A stretch of DNA of 57,958 nucleotides from Bacilli bacterium (GCA_051872655.1 JBJEEB010000006.1:1-57958), one strand, 5' to 3'. Positions 29,001 through 40,795 are shown, counted from the stretch's first letter. Translations and numbers: made by a program. The notes: a model not told the origin generated them from the sequence alone.

Positions 29001-30095
29001 ATGAAAATAATTGATACTAATGATTATGATACAATTGAAGAGTTTGAAATTTTAAAAAGGGATCTTGAAGACGAATTATATATTAAAAGAAAATATGACA
29101 TTAGTGATTTTGCTTTGGTTAGAACTACTAATTTTTTAGAGGAAGATCATGTATTAAAAGCACTTTGTAAAATACCTTTTGTTATTAATACTAATAATGT
29201 TCCTTTTAGTACAATGCATGAGATACTTAGAAATAAATATAATATAAATGTCTATGATGAGATTGAGGATGAGAAACTTAAATTATTGGTAAGCAAATAT
29301 AGTCCTTTATCTACTCAATATAGATCTACTATTCATTTTACATTAAATGGATTGGTTTCTAATCATAGTATGGGGTCCTTTAATAATAACAATTTTATTA
29401 TTATTGATAGATTGGATAAGCATCTAGAAATAGATGACTTTAGATCAATACGAATGGAAGATACTTTTGTTTATGGAGAGTTTTCTATATCTGATTCTGC
29501 TATTATTCTTATTGATGCTGAAAAATATCAAAAATTATTAAAAGAATATCCTTGGCTTGATACTTATAAAAATATTGTTTTATTTCGTGGAGATGAAAAG
29601 AAAGCAACCCAAATACTTTTGACACAAATGGGAATTGTTCCTGAAAACATTGGTGCGCATTCAGCAGATTATACGAAACGTACACCTATGCAGCAGGAAT
29701 ATTTTAAAAATTTAAAAGAGAAGTTTGGTATTGAACAAGTCAAACATTGTTATTCAAATGAATATATTGCTGATGATGAAAAAAATTTGTTATTATGGGA
29801 AATGTATGATAATAGGTTTTATAATGCTCTTTTTACATATTTTAAAATTGATGATGTTAGAAAAGATCAAATGTTAGAATATTTGTTATCATATAAATAT
29901 AGTAGATCACAGCAACAAGAATTATTAAAAAATTTTATTTTTGAAGTTGGATTAGAAAATTATCAAGAATTTGTTTTGAATTATAATAAACAAATTTTAA
30001 ATGAAATAGCTAATAATAATTATCCTACTAATGATGAAATAATTGAAAGAGGATTTATATTTTTCAAAAGTGATGTTGTTAGTATGAAAAAATAG
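29001..30095 (+). CDS. Hypothetical protein
   Basis: 364-aa ORF with GGAG RBS; RSTIHFTLNGLVSNH segment; no family recognised. Confidence 0.75.
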   Translation: MKIIDTNDYDTIEEFEILKRDLEDELYIKRKYDISDFALVRTTNFLEEDHVLKALCKIPFVINTNNVPFSTMHEILRNKYNINVYDEIEDEKLKLLVSKYSPLSTQYRSTIHFTLNGLVSNHSMGSFNNNNFIIIDRLDKHLEIDDFRSIRMEDTFVYGEFSISDSAIILIDAEKYQKLLKEYPWLDTYKNIVLFRGDEKKATQILLTQMGIVPENIGAHSADYTKRTPMQQEYFKNLKEKFGIEQVKHCYSNEYIADDEKNLLLWEMYDNRFYNALFTYFKIDDVRKDQMLEYLLSYKYSRSQQQELLKNFIFEVGLENYQEFVLNYNKQILNEIANNNYPTNDEIIERGFIFFKSDVVSMKK

Positions 30096-30205
30096 ATTTT
30101 GCAGATTAATATTATTTTAGCAATGTAAAAATTATGTCAAAAGAAATAAATTTTATTTAATTTACTTCTTTTTTTTAGTATAATTATATTGAGGATGGTG
30201 ATGTT

Positions 30206-30643
30206 ATGACTATTGGTCTTGCTAGTGATCATCGTGGTTATAAAGCAAAAAAATTTTTGAAAGATAGTTTATATAAATATGATGTAATAGATTATGGTAC
30301 AGATACTGAAGATAGTGTTGATTTTCCAGTATATGCTAAAAAACTTGGTACTGCTATTCAAAATGGAGAAGTAGACTTAGGTATCGCTATATGTGGAACT
30401 GGTATTGGTATGAGTATTACTTTGAATAAAATGAAGGGAATATATTGTGCTAAAGTATCTAATGAAAGTGAAGCTATTTTATGTAAAGCACATAATAATG
30501 TTAATTGTATAGCTATTAGTGAAGAATTAGATGAAGATTTAATGTTAGATATTGTAGATAAATTTATTAATACGCCTTTTACTAATGTTAGTAAATATAT
30601 AAGAAGAAATGATATGATTAAGGGCATAGAAGATAATGGTTAA
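30206..30643 (+). CDS. rpiB: RpiB/LacA/LacB sugar-phosphate isomerase
   Basis: ASDHRG, CGTGIGM, HNNVN. Confidence 0.88.
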   Translation: MTIGLASDHRGYKAKKFLKDSLYKYDVIDYGTDTEDSVDFPVYAKKLGTAIQNGEVDLGIAICGTGIGMSITLNKMKGIYCAKVSNESEAILCKAHNNVNCIAISEELDEDLMLDIVDKFINTPFTNVSKYIRRNDMIKGIEDNG

Positions 30644-30824
30644 GTTTCTTTTGTATTTATTTGTATTACCTTTAGTTATTTATGCTATGGATAGTATTAA
30701 TATTAATAATATTTTTAAGAAAAATAAGATAGTGCAAGCAAAAATATTTTATATTCTATTAGTGTTTGGGCTTTCTTATTTAGTTTGTAATTTTGTATAT
30801 GATTTTTTATATTTGATTAAGTAA
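30636..30824 (+). CDS. DUF1146 (YwzB-like) small membrane protein
   Basis: Two TM helices, IFKKNKIVQA, SYLVCNF. Confidence 0.7.
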   Translation: MVKFLLYLFVLPLVIYAMDSININNIFKKNKIVQAKIFYILLVFGLSYLVCNFVYDFLYLIK

Positions 30825-30889
30825 TATTACTTAATTTTTTCTTTTAATTTTAATTATTATGTGATAAAATACTAACAAGCGGTGATTTT

Positions 30890-31873
30890 ATGTTTAAAAT
30901 AGGTAATATTACATTAAATAATAATGTTGTTCTTGCTCCAATGGCTGGGGTTTGTAATAGTGCTTTTAGAAAAATTATTAAGGAAATGGGTTGTGGTCTT
31001 ATATATGCTGAAATGGTAAGTGATAAGGGACTTATTTATGATAGTAAGAAGACTAAAGATATGCTTTATTTTGAAGAATGTGAGAGACCTATTGCACAAC
31101 AAATATTTGGCAGTGATAAAGATACTTTTGTAGAGGCTGCTAGAATGGTTGAAGATATTATGCATCCTGATATTATTGATATTAATATGGGATGTCCTGT
31201 GCCTAAGGTGGCTATAAAGTCTCAGGCAGGTAGTGCTTTACTGAAGAATCCTGAAAAAATAAGAGACATTGTTAGTGCAGTAGTTAAAGCTGTTAATGTT
31301 CCTGTAACTGTTAAGATTAGAAGCGGTTGGGATACAAATAATATTAATGCAGTCAGTGTTGCTAAAATATGTGAAGAGGCTGGAGCTAGTGCTATTACTG
31401 TTCATGGTAGAACTAGAAGTCAGGGATATTCTGGTAGCGTCGATTTAGATATAATTAAAAAGGTTAAAGAATCTGTATCAATACCAGTTATTGGTAATGG
31501 TGATATTACTAATATAGAATCAGCTAAAAAGATGTTATCTTATACTGGTTGTGATGCTATTATGATTGGTAGAGGTGTTCTAGGTAATCCTTGGCTTATA
31601 AAAGAAATTATTACTTATTTAGAATCTGGAAAAGTAATTAGTAAGCCTAGTTATGAGGACAAAATAAATATGTGTTTTCATCATTTGGATTATTTACTTA
31701 AAATTAAAAGTGAGAAGACTTCTGTTCTTGAAATGAGAAGTCATATAGCTTGGTATTTGAAAGGCTTGCCTGAATCACAATCTGTTAAAAATGAAGTTTT
31801 TAAGGCAAAAACTAGTGAGGAACTAAAAAATATTCTTAATAACTATTTAAAAAAAATTAAAAATAATATATAA
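30890..31873 (+). CDS. dusB: tRNA-dihydrouridine synthase B
   Basis: LAPMAG, INMGCP, VHGRTR, GNGD. Confidence 0.95.
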   Translation: MFKIGNITLNNNVVLAPMAGVCNSAFRKIIKEMGCGLIYAEMVSDKGLIYDSKKTKDMLYFEECERPIAQQIFGSDKDTFVEAARMVEDIMHPDIIDINMGCPVPKVAIKSQAGSALLKNPEKIRDIVSAVVKAVNVPVTVKIRSGWDTNNINAVSVAKICEEAGASAITVHGRTRSQGYSGSVDLDIIKKVKESVSIPVIGNGDITNIESAKKMLSYTGCDAIMIGRGVLGNPWLIKEIITYLESGKVISKPSYEDKINMCFHHLDYLLKIKSEKTSVLEMRSHIAWYLKGLPESQSVKNEVFKAKTSEELKNILNNYLKKIKNNI

Positions 31874-31886
31874 TATTTGTTAGGAG

Positions 31887-32489
31887 ATGAGAAATATGAA
31901 AGCAAGTTTTTTTAAAAGAATGGGAGCATTTGTTATAGATTATTTTATAGTATTAGTTATTGCATCTTTAATAACAATGGGATTTAATACTAATAAAAAT
32001 AATGATTTGAATAGTCAAATGAATCAATTAATTAGTGATTATCAAAATGAAAAAATTACTATTGATGAATATAAGGATGAAACTTATAAATTGAACTATG
32101 AGTTACAAAAAGAAAATATGACAGTGAATATTGTAACTATTACTTTGTATATTGGTTATTTTGTAGTTTTTGCTACTTTAAATAAAGGACAAACTTTGGG
32201 TAAAAAGTTATTAAAAATTAGGGTTGTTAATAAGAATAATGATAAACCTAGTATTTGGAATATGCTAGTTAGAAGTTTATTTATATATAATATTATTAGT
32301 ATTTTATTTAGTACAGTAGCAGTTAATTTTTTAAATATTAATACGTTTACTTATATTTATACAACGCTTGGATATATAGAATATTTTGTTATAATAATAT
32401 CATTCTTTATGGTAATATATAAAAAAGATGGAAGAGGTTTACATGATATGATGGCTGGTACTAATGTTATTGAAGAGGTGAAAAAATAA
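31887..32489 (+). CDS. RDD family membrane protein
   Basis: FFKRMGAFVID, GQTLGK, GLHDMMAGT. Confidence 0.88.
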   Translation: MRNMKASFFKRMGAFVIDYFIVLVIASLITMGFNTNKNNDLNSQMNQLISDYQNEKITIDEYKDETYKLNYELQKENMTVNIVTITLYIGYFVVFATLNKGQTLGKKLLKIRVVNKNNDKPSIWNMLVRSLFIYNIISILFSTVAVNFLNINTFTYIYTTLGYIEYFVIIISFFMVIYKKDGRGLHDMMAGTNVIEEVKK

Positions 32490-33958
32490 TGGAAAGACAA
32501 TTTTCTGAACAAGAGCAAGTTAGAAGAGATAAATTAGAAGAAATTAAAAAATATTGTAATCCTTATCCTGAAAAATACAATGTAACGCATAAGATTAAGG
32601 ATGCTAGGTTACTAGAAGATGGTATTACTGATGTTGCTATTGCCGGTAGAATAGTTTTCATGAGAAAAATGGGAAAACTTTCTTTTGTAAGAATTCGTGA
32701 TATTGAAGGTGATATGCAACTTGAAATTAAAATTGATATGGTTGGTGAAGAAAAATATGCATTCTTTAAAAAATTAATTGATACTGGTGATTTCATTGGT
32801 GCAAGTGGTGAAATATTTACTACTCAAACTGGTGAAAAAACTTTAAGGGTACATAGTTTTGAATTTTTAGGTAAAGCACTTAGACCACTTCCTGAAAAGT
32901 TTCATGGTTTAACTGACATGGAAATGAAATATAGGCAAAGATATGTTGATTTGATTATGAATGAAGATACTAGAAGAGTATTTTTAGGTAGAAGTAAATT
33001 ATATGCTTATATTCATAAGTTTCTTGGAGAAAATGGATTTTTAGAGGTTGAGACTCCAATACTTCAGAATGCTGTGTGTGGTGCATCTGCTAAACCTTTT
33101 TATACACATCATAATGCTTTAGATATGGATTGTAATCTTAGAATTGCTCCTGAAACATATTTAAAGCAATGTGTTGCTGGAGGTTTTAATAGGGTATATG
33201 AAGTGGCTAAATGTTTTAGAAATGAAGGTATGGATACTGAGCATTTACAGGAATTTACACAGGTAGAATGGTATGCTTCTTATTGGAATTTTGAAGATAA
33301 TATAAAATTTTATCAGAAATTTATTAGAGGATTACTTACCGAACTTACTGGAAGTACTTCTATTGAATATCAGGGTAATATAATTGATTTTGGTTCTGAT
33401 TGGAAAAAAATTAATTATGTGGAGGAAATGAGAAATGTTTTAGGTTTTGATTTTCTTGATATAGATGATCCTAAAATACTTAAAGATAAAGTTGTTCAAA
33501 AAGGTTTATTTACCTATGAAGAATTAGAAGATACTAAATCTCTTAGTCAGATTATTGATTTTATATATAAGAGAAAAATTAGAACTGATGTTTTAGAACC
33601 TACAATTATATATAATTATCCTGCTGTTTTAATACCTCTTGCTAGAAGAAATGATAATGATAATAGAATTATTGATGTATTTCAGGTTGTTGCATGTGGT
33701 ACTGAATTATGTAAGGCTTATTCTGAACTTGTTAATCCAGTTACTCAAAGAGAGGCTTTTGAAGATCAATTAAGGGCAAAAGAACAGGGTGATGATGAGA
33801 CTATGGAATTAGATGAAAATTTCTTAAGTGCTATGGAACAAGGAATGCCTCCGATTAGTGGTCTTGGATTTGGCATCGATAGGTTAATGATGATTATATT
33901 TAATCAACCTTCAATTAGAGATGTTGTATTATTTCCACAAATGAAGGATAAAAAATAG
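32489..33958 (+). CDS. lysS: Lysyl-tRNA synthetase, class II
   Basis: OB domain, YRQRYVDL, FRNEG, GFGIDRL. Confidence 0.96.
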   Translation: MERQFSEQEQVRRDKLEEIKKYCNPYPEKYNVTHKIKDARLLEDGITDVAIAGRIVFMRKMGKLSFVRIRDIEGDMQLEIKIDMVGEEKYAFFKKLIDTGDFIGASGEIFTTQTGEKTLRVHSFEFLGKALRPLPEKFHGLTDMEMKYRQRYVDLIMNEDTRRVFLGRSKLYAYIHKFLGENGFLEVETPILQNAVCGASAKPFYTHHNALDMDCNLRIAPETYLKQCVAGGFNRVYEVAKCFRNEGMDTEHLQEFTQVEWYASYWNFEDNIKFYQKFIRGLLTELTGSTSIEYQGNIIDFGSDWKKINYVEEMRNVLGFDFLDIDDPKILKDKVVQKGLFTYEELEDTKSLSQIIDFIYKRKIRTDVLEPTIIYNYPAVLIPLARRNDNDNRIIDVFQVVACGTELCKAYSELVNPVTQREAFEDQLRAKEQGDDETMELDENFLSAMEQGMPPISGLGFGIDRLMMIIFNQPSIRDVVLFPQMKDKK

Positions 33959-34057
33959 TTATAAAGTATTATAAAATAAGGGAAAACAATAAAAATTTTC
34001 TCTTTTTTATTTACTTTTATGTCTTTTGTGCTATAATTAATGTTAGAGGAGGTTATT

Positions 34058-35509
34058 ATGAAAAAACATAGTTTATTTAAAGTAATATTAATTGTTTTTG
34101 GAGTACTTTTATTAGTTAATGGAGGACTTGCCATTGCTGGTCAGTTTGTTGATAAGCTTAATGCTTTTAATATGATTCCATTTGGTGATACTTTTATTAA
34201 TTATACACAGTCATTTTATTATTTCTTTGATGCTGCTGTTTATCTATTAGTAATTGGTGCTTTTTACGGAGTACTTAAAGAAGTACCAGCATATAAGAAA
34301 CTTATAGATAATATTGCTAGTAAAGTTAAAAGTCATAGTAAGTTATTTGTAATTATTGTTACAATATTATTTGCTCTTTTGACATCATTTACTGGTTTAA
34401 TAGGAGCAATTCTTATATTTGTACCTTTTGTTGCTGCTATTGTATTGGCATTAGGATATGATAAACTTGTAGCTATTACTTCTACTGTTGTTTCTATGTT
34501 AGTAGGATTTATAGGTGGTGTATATGTAACTTTTAGAGATCCTAATAGTTATTATGGATACAGCGCAACTACTATTGAGAAATTGTCTACATTAGATTTG
34601 TATTCTAATATTTGGGCTAAGTTAGTTCTTTTAGTTCTTGGTACTGCTTTACTTGTATTTTTCATTACAAGATATATTAAAAATCTTCAAGATAAGAAAG
34701 TAAAATATGAACTAAATGAAAGTAATGAAGTATTAGTTTCAGAAGTAAAAGGCGATTACAAAAACATTAAGACATGGCCTATGATTGTTATTTTATCAGT
34801 AATACTTGTTATCCTTGTTCTTGGATATTTACCATGGAATTCTTTATTTGGTATTGAGTGTTTTGATAAATTTAATGATTGGTTATTAGGATTAAAGATT
34901 GGTGAATTTTCAGTATTTTCTAATGTTATTACTGCTAATGCATATTCATTAGGAAATTGGGCTAGTCTTGGTTCATATATGGCAATAATTATCACTTTAA
35001 TTATATTTACATTAATTATTAAATTTGTGTATAGAATTAAATTTGATGATGTTATTGATAATTTTATGAATGGTGCAAAGAAGATGATACCAACAGTATT
35101 CTTAGTTATGATTACTTATGCTATTCTTGTATGTGCTTATAACTTTGGATTTATGTCTAATATTATTAGTTTGATTTCTGAGTCTAAATTAGGATTAAAT
35201 GTTCTAACTGGTACTTTAATTAGTGGTTTAGGATCATTACTTCATACTGATTTATATTATACTGTTGCTGGTGTATATTCTACTATGTTAGCACAAGTTA
35301 CTGATGAATCTTTATATTCTGTATATGCAGTATTATTCCAAAGTGTATATGGTATTGTTTCTATTATAGGGCCTACTAGTTTCTTAGTAATATTTGCTCT
35401 TAAATATTTTGATGTTCCATATACTACTTGGGTAAAATATATATGGAGATTTGTATTAATGTTATTATTAATTGTAATTTTAGTATTACTTGTAATGTCA
35501 TTGATATAA
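34058..35509 (+). CDS. Polytopic membrane protein, YfcC-like transporter
   Basis: About 12 hydrophobic segments, LGYDK, GPTS..VPYTTWVK C-terminus. Confidence 0.6.
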   Translation: MKKHSLFKVILIVFGVLLLVNGGLAIAGQFVDKLNAFNMIPFGDTFINYTQSFYYFFDAAVYLLVIGAFYGVLKEVPAYKKLIDNIASKVKSHSKLFVIIVTILFALLTSFTGLIGAILIFVPFVAAIVLALGYDKLVAITSTVVSMLVGFIGGVYVTFRDPNSYYGYSATTIEKLSTLDLYSNIWAKLVLLVLGTALLVFFITRYIKNLQDKKVKYELNESNEVLVSEVKGDYKNIKTWPMIVILSVILVILVLGYLPWNSLFGIECFDKFNDWLLGLKIGEFSVFSNVITANAYSLGNWASLGSYMAIIITLIIFTLIIKFVYRIKFDDVIDNFMNGAKKMIPTVFLVMITYAILVCAYNFGFMSNIISLISESKLGLNVLTGTLISGLGSLLHTDLYYTVAGVYSTMLAQVTDESLYSVYAVLFQSVYGIVSIIGPTSFLVIFALKYFDVPYTTWVKYIWRFVLMLLLIVILVLLVMSLI

Positions 35510-35652
35510 TATAATAATTAAATTATTTGTATTAATAAGATATCTAGAATTCTAGGTATCTTTTTTACCTAAAAAAGTCTATTTTTCTTGTTTAAAATTT
35601 AGAAATTTATATCATTATATTCATAGAATATGTTAGAGAGGAGATACTTAAT

Positions 35653-37959
35653 ATGATTGGAAATTTTAATGATGAAGCACAGAATGTATTAATGAATGCA
35701 AAAAAAGAGATGTTAGATTTGGGGCATCCTTATATTGGAACTGAACATTTACTTCTTTCTATTTTAAATACTGATAGTAATATTTGTGAAAGATTAAATA
35801 GTTATGGTCTTTATTATGATAATTTTAAAGAAGAGTTATCTAAAGTTATTGGAACATCAAAGAAGAAAAGTGAATATATTTTGTATACACCATTACTTAG
35901 AAAGGTAATACAATCTGCAATTATTGATAGTAAGGAAAATAATGATGGTGAAGTTACTGTTGAACATTTATTTTTCTCTATGCTTGAAGAAGGTGAAGGT
36001 ATTGCTATTAGAATTTTAATTGGTATGAATATAGATATTGAGTCTATGTATGATGATTTTTCTACTAGTCTTATTAAGAAGAATAAAAGAAATAAAAAAA
36101 AGAAATTACTTGTTGATGATTTAGGTATTGATCTTACAAATGAGGCAATGAATGGAAAATTAGATCCTGTTATAGGTAGAGAAAAGGAAGTTAAGAGGGT
36201 AATGGAAATTCTTTGCAGAAGAACTAAGAATAATCCTATATTAATTGGTGAAGCTGGGGTAGGGAAGACTGCTATTGTTGAGGAATTATCCAGATTAATT
36301 GCTAATGAAAATGTTCCTTCTGGTTTATTAAATAAAAGAATTATTTCTATTGATATGGCTACAATGGTTGCTGGTACTAAGTATCGTGGTGAGTTTGAAG
36401 AGAGAATGAAAAAATTACTTAAAGAAATTGAAGATAATACGGAAATTATTTTATTTATTGATGAAATTCATACATTAGTTGGAGCAGGTGGTGCTGAAGG
36501 TGCAATAGATGCTTCTAATATATTAAAACCTTCTCTTGCTAGAGGGAAAATTAGGTGTATAGGAGCTACTACTACTGAAGAGTATAAAAAGTTTATTGAA
36601 AAAGATTCTGCTTTAGAAAGAAGATTTCAAAAGGTATTTGTAGAGGAACCTAGCATTGAAGAAACTAAAAATATTTTATTTAGTATTAGAGATATTTATG
36701 AGAAATATCACAATGTTGTTATTAGTGATAATGTATTAAATAATTTAATTAATATTTCAGAAAAGTATATATTTGATCGAAATAGACCTGATAAAGAGAT
36801 AGATATATTAGATGAAGTTTGTGCTAGAGCAAGTATTAAAGAAATAGGTAGTGATAGATTAAGTAATATTAAGAAAGAAATTAATAGACTTTGTAAAGAA
36901 AAAAATAGTTTTATTATAGATAATAATGTAGATAAAGCTTTTGATATAAGGAAAAAGGAAGTTAAACTTATGTCAGAACTTAATGAACTTGAACTTTCTT
37001 GTAGTAATAGAAAAAATGAGGTTTTGATAGAGGATATTGCCTCTGTTGTTAGTAATAGAGCAAAAGTTCCTATTAGTGATATATTAAGTAGTAATATTGA
37101 TAATATATATGATATAGAAAAAAAATTAAAGAGTATAATTATTGGACATGATAAAGTTATAGATAGTCTTATTAATATTACTAAAAGAATAAAGTATGGT
37201 GATAATAGATGTTATTCAATGATGTTTGTTGGTCCATCTGGTGTTGGTAAAACTTATTTATCTAAAGAATATGCTAAACTTTTGGTTGGAGAATCTAATT
37301 TTATTAGGTTAGATATGAGTGAATATAGTGATAGTACTGCAGTTAATAAAATATTAGGTTCTGCTCCTGGATATGTTGGTTATGATGATAATAAAAATAT
37401 ACTTGAAGAAATTAGAAATAATCCTAACTCAGTAATATTATTGGATGAAATTGATAAAGCACATTCTTCAGTAATTAATCTTTTTTATCAAATACTTGAA
37501 GAAGGAAAAATTAAAAATTCTAAGGGAACTACTGTAAGATTTAATAACGCTATTATTATTATGACTTCTAATGCAGGATTTGAAAATAATTGTATTGGTT
37601 TTAATAAATCTGAAGATAATATTACTAGTTTAAAAAATAGGTTTTCTACTTCTTTTATTAATAGAATAGATGGTATTATGATGTTTAATAGGTTAAATGA
37701 AGATGATATTAAGAAAATTATTAATCTTAAGTTAGATAATATTAATAAAAAATATAGTAGTATTAATATTAATTATTCTGATGATTTAATAATGGATATA
37801 ATAAATAAATCTGATTATTATAATTTTGGAGCTAGAAGGCTTGATAAAATTATATCTAGGGGTATAGAAAACAATATTATTGAGGCTATAATTAATAATG
37901 ATAAAGAAATTTTTATAGATAAATTAAATGAATATGAAAAAAATATCACTAAAGCTTAG
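35653..37959 (+). CDS. clpC: Clp protease ATP-binding subunit, ClpC-like
   Basis: Clp-N repeats (TEHLL), [31 protein letters not shown]. Confidence 0.85.
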   Translation: MIGNFNDEAQNVLMNAKKEMLDLGHPYIGTEHLLLSILNTDSNICERLNSYGLYYDNFKEELSKVIGTSKKKSEYILYTPLLRKVIQSAIIDSKENNDGEVTVEHLFFSMLEEGEGIAIRILIGMNIDIESMYDDFSTSLIKKNKRNKKKKLLVDDLGIDLTNEAMNGKLDPVIGREKEVKRVMEILCRRTKNNPILIGEAGVGKTAIVEELSRLIANENVPSGLLNKRIISIDMATMVAGTKYRGEFEERMKKLLKEIEDNTEIILFIDEIHTLVGAGGAEGAIDASNILKPSLARGKIRCIGATTTEEYKKFIEKDSALERRFQKVFVEEPSIEETKNILFSIRDIYEKYHNVVISDNVLNNLINISEKYIFDRNRPDKEIDILDEVCARASIKEIGSDRLSNIKKEINRLCKEKNSFIIDNNVDKAFDIRKKEVKLMSELNELELSCSNRKNEVLIEDIASVVSNRAKVPISDILSSNIDNIYDIEKKLKSIIIGHDKVIDSLINITKRIKYGDNRCYSMMFVGPSGVGKTYLSKEYAKLLVGESNFIRLDMSEYSDSTAVNKILGSAPGYVGYDDNKNILEEIRNNPNSVILLDEIDKAHSSVINLFYQILEEGKIKNSKGTTVRFNNAIIIMTSNAGFENNCIGFNKSEDNITSLKNRFSTSFINRIDGIMMFNRLNEDDIKKIINLKLDNINKKYSSININYSDDLIMDIINKSDYYNFGARRLDKIISRGIENNIIEAIINNDKEIFIDKLNEYEKNITKA

Positions 37960-37966
37960 TGATATT

Positions 37967-38995
37967 TTATGGTATTAATCCCCATCCTGTTACTACATAT
38001 CTTCCACCTTGTCTTTTTGCTGCTGCAGGTGGATTATTATATAATTTTCCATTAACTGTTAATGATGATGATTGGCCACCATCTAGATTAGCAGCATTAT
38101 ATGTTCCATATCTTGTTAGAATGTCTACCATATCTTGAAGACTAGCTCCATTAATATAGTTTTCTCCATCTACTACTAGAAATAGTATTATTCCTGATTT
38201 TGTTTGCCCGATAGCTACTCTTGGTGCATATCCCCATGGGTCGCCAACTATTTCTAGTGGCTTTCCATTAACTATTAGGAATGGTCCAAATACCATAGCA
38301 TCATTTATGTTTGCTGCGAGTGCTTCATTAGCAGTGGCATTTGACATTAATTTTAATTTACCATCTTTAGTTAGACCTATTATATTGTCTCTAGTAGTGT
38401 CTGCTGTATCTGCTCCCCAAGTTATTTCTCCATCTTGGATAACTACTCCTGTTGGTATATCAGAACCATATCCTGAGTCTTGAAATCCTCCACCATTTAT
38501 ACATACTGTTCCACCATATCTTTCACACATTGTGGAAACTCTTTCTCCTTTTCCACCAACATTAAATTGTTTAGTTGAAATTAGTCTTACTTTTTCTGGA
38601 TGATATATTGCTACTAAATAACCATTTGATGTTCCAACTTTTAAATTTATTATTTTATAATCATCATCTGGATTGTCTCTTTTATATAATTCTTCTTCAT
38701 ATTTATCTTTATATGAAGATTTTTCTTTTGTATTTATTACTATTTCATCAGTATTTGCATCTTCTTCAAAAGTTATAAAGTAATTACTAGACATTATTTT
38801 ATCTATTGTTTCTTGATTATAAAATATGTTTGCAAAATACTGATGATGCATTGTTTTCATAGCAGTATTTACATACATGTTTCTTACTTTATCCCAAGGA
38901 CCATACATTACAAAGAAACATGCTATGGCAATTATATCTAGAAATATAAACAATATAGTTGTTTTGTATATTTTTTTCTTTTTTCTTTCTCGCAT
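37967..38995 (-). CDS. Membrane-anchored phosphodiester glycosidase family protein
   Basis: INGGGF, FGPFLIVNG, APRVAIGQ, NLDGGQS. Confidence 0.85.
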   Translation of the reverse strand: MRERKKKKIYKTTILFIFLDIIAIACFFVMYGPWDKVRNMYVNTAMKTMHHQYFANIFYNQETIDKIMSSNYFITFEEDANTDEIVINTKEKSSYKDKYEEELYKRDNPDDDYKIINLKVGTSNGYLVAIYHPEKVRLISTKQFNVGGKGERVSTMCERYGGTVCINGGGFQDSGYGSDIPTGVVIQDGEITWGADTADTTRDNIIGLTKDGKLKLMSNATANEALAANINDAMVFGPFLIVNGKPLEIVGDPWGYAPRVAIGQTKSGIILFLVVDGENYINGASLQDMVDILTRYGTYNAANLDGGQSSSLTVNGKLYNNPPAAAKRQGGRYVVTGWGLIP

Positions 38996-40329
38996 TACTC
39001 TACCTCCAATGGATTATCAATAGTTCCAGTACCTTTAGTTAATTTGTTTTTGTCTATTGATATTACTGGTACTATTTTTAGACTAGTTGAGGAAGATTTT
39101 GTATATAATTTGAAATCATTTTGGAATACATAAACATTATTACTATTTTTGTCTATACCAGTAGACATAAAGTAATTAGTTAGTTTAGAATTTAATATTG
39201 GATCTCCTACTGATAATACTGACACTTTAGTATCAACTGTTGTACTCAGTACTTCTGTATAATCAAAGTTAGTAGTATTACTATATAGTCCATTGGCATA
39301 TGTTGTTTCTTTAATTAAGTCTTTATAGCTTAATTTATTTAGATATGTATTTTTTAAATAGTATGCTAAGGTTTTTGCTTTAGTATCATTATGGTAATAT
39401 CCACTGCTTGAATAATTATATTTTTGTTCTTCACCATTTATTGTTAGATAATCATTTAATGATAGTTTGATAGTATCAGTATTTACTTCATATATTCTCC
39501 ATATATCATTATCTAATTTTACATAACTTCCAAATAGTGAAGTTTCATCTTCAAATGTATATGGCTCATCTTTACTACCATTTCCTCCTGTTTTTTCTAT
39601 TGTTCCTTTTATAGTTATTACTGGTTTAATTCCTAATATATCTGTACCATCACTTTTACCTAGTTTTCCATCACTATCTATATACCATACTTTATTTTCT
39701 TTATTGTTATTTATTAAATAATAATATTCTTGATTATTCATGAAACTATTTGAACCACCAGTATTTACATAATCATTTAATGAAGGTATGGTTATATATG
39801 TATCTTCTGTTACTTCTTTACAAGATATACTTTTAGTATCATCAATAGTATCTTTACATGTTTTAGTAAATGTTAAATATTTATTCATATTATTTAGATT
39901 TTTTTCTAGTATACCAGAATATTCTTCGTTGTCTACTTTATTTAACCATTTATTTATATATGAAGAGTAATAATTTTTAGGCTCTCCTTCTGCTAGTGAA
40001 GTTATATTGTTGTCCAGTGTCATTGTAATTGAATTATCAGTATTTATTTTGATTATTCTCCATATTAAATTTGAATATAATACATAGTTATTTACATCTT
40101 TACCATTAAAGTAATATTCTCCATTAATATTTTTAAAATTTTCATTTTCATTATTACTTTCTTTGATATCTTTTGCCATAGAATTTGTTTCTTCTACTTT
40201 GTTATTTTCTATATATAGTTTAATAAATCTTCCTCCATAAAAAATAACACACGCTAATAAAAACATAAAGCTTATTAAGTTAAATATTTTTTGTATACTT
40301 AATTTTCTTTTACTTCTTTCTTTACTCAC
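38995..40329 (-). CDS. Membrane-anchored surface protein with a duplicated domain
   Basis: N-terminal TM helix; two repeats YV...IWRI....D.I ... G.G...PY/PL. Confidence 0.7.
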   Translation of the reverse strand: MSKERSKRKLSIQKIFNLISFMFLLACVIFYGGRFIKLYIENNKVEETNSMAKDIKESNNENENFKNINGEYYFNGKDVNNYVLYSNLIWRIIKINTDNSITMTLDNNITSLAEGEPKNYYSSYINKWLNKVDNEEYSGILEKNLNNMNKYLTFTKTCKDTIDDTKSISCKEVTEDTYITIPSLNDYVNTGGSNSFMNNQEYYYLINNNKENKVWYIDSDGKLGKSDGTDILGIKPVITIKGTIEKTGGNGSKDEPYTFEDETSLFGSYVKLDNDIWRIYEVNTDTIKLSLNDYLTINGEEQKYNYSSSGYYHNDTKAKTLAYYLKNTYLNKLSYKDLIKETTYANGLYSNTTNFDYTEVLSTTVDTKVSVLSVGDPILNSKLTNYFMSTGIDKNSNNVYVFQNDFKLYTKSSSTSLKIVPVISIDKNKLTKGTGTIDNPLEVE

Positions 40330-40600
40330 TTCATCATCCCTCTTTTTCTAATTAATTATATCAAAAGTGTAATATTTTTACAATAGTTCTAAAAAATTAA
40401 TTTATATTAAGTAAAGTATAGAAAAAATTATAATAAAATAAATCTTTATAAAAACTTATTTTATATAGTTTTATTTTCTTTTATTATTAAATATTAGACT
40501 ATTTAGTAGACACTTTTGTTATTTATTTTTGGAATTCTTTTATAGTAAAACAATTTACTTAAAATAAAATAAATGATATAATGATGATGAGTGTGATTAT

Positions 40601-40795
40601 ATGAATTATAATTTGAATGATAAGGTAATTATGAAAAAAGTGCATCCTTGTGGATGTAGTGAGTTTGAAATTATTAGACTAGGGGCAGATATTAAAATTA
40701 GGTGTACTAATTGTAATAGGGTTATAATGCTTCCTAGAGTTGATTTTAATAAGAAGATTAAAAAGGTGATTGAAAATGAAAAAAAAGAGATTTAG
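40601..40795 (+). CDS. DUF951 (YyzM-like) protein
   Basis: MKKVHPCG, RLGADIKIRCTNC. Confidence 0.88.
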   Translation: MNYNLNDKVIMKKVHPCGCSEFEIIRLGADIKIRCTNCNRVIMLPRVDFNKKIKKVIENEKKEI

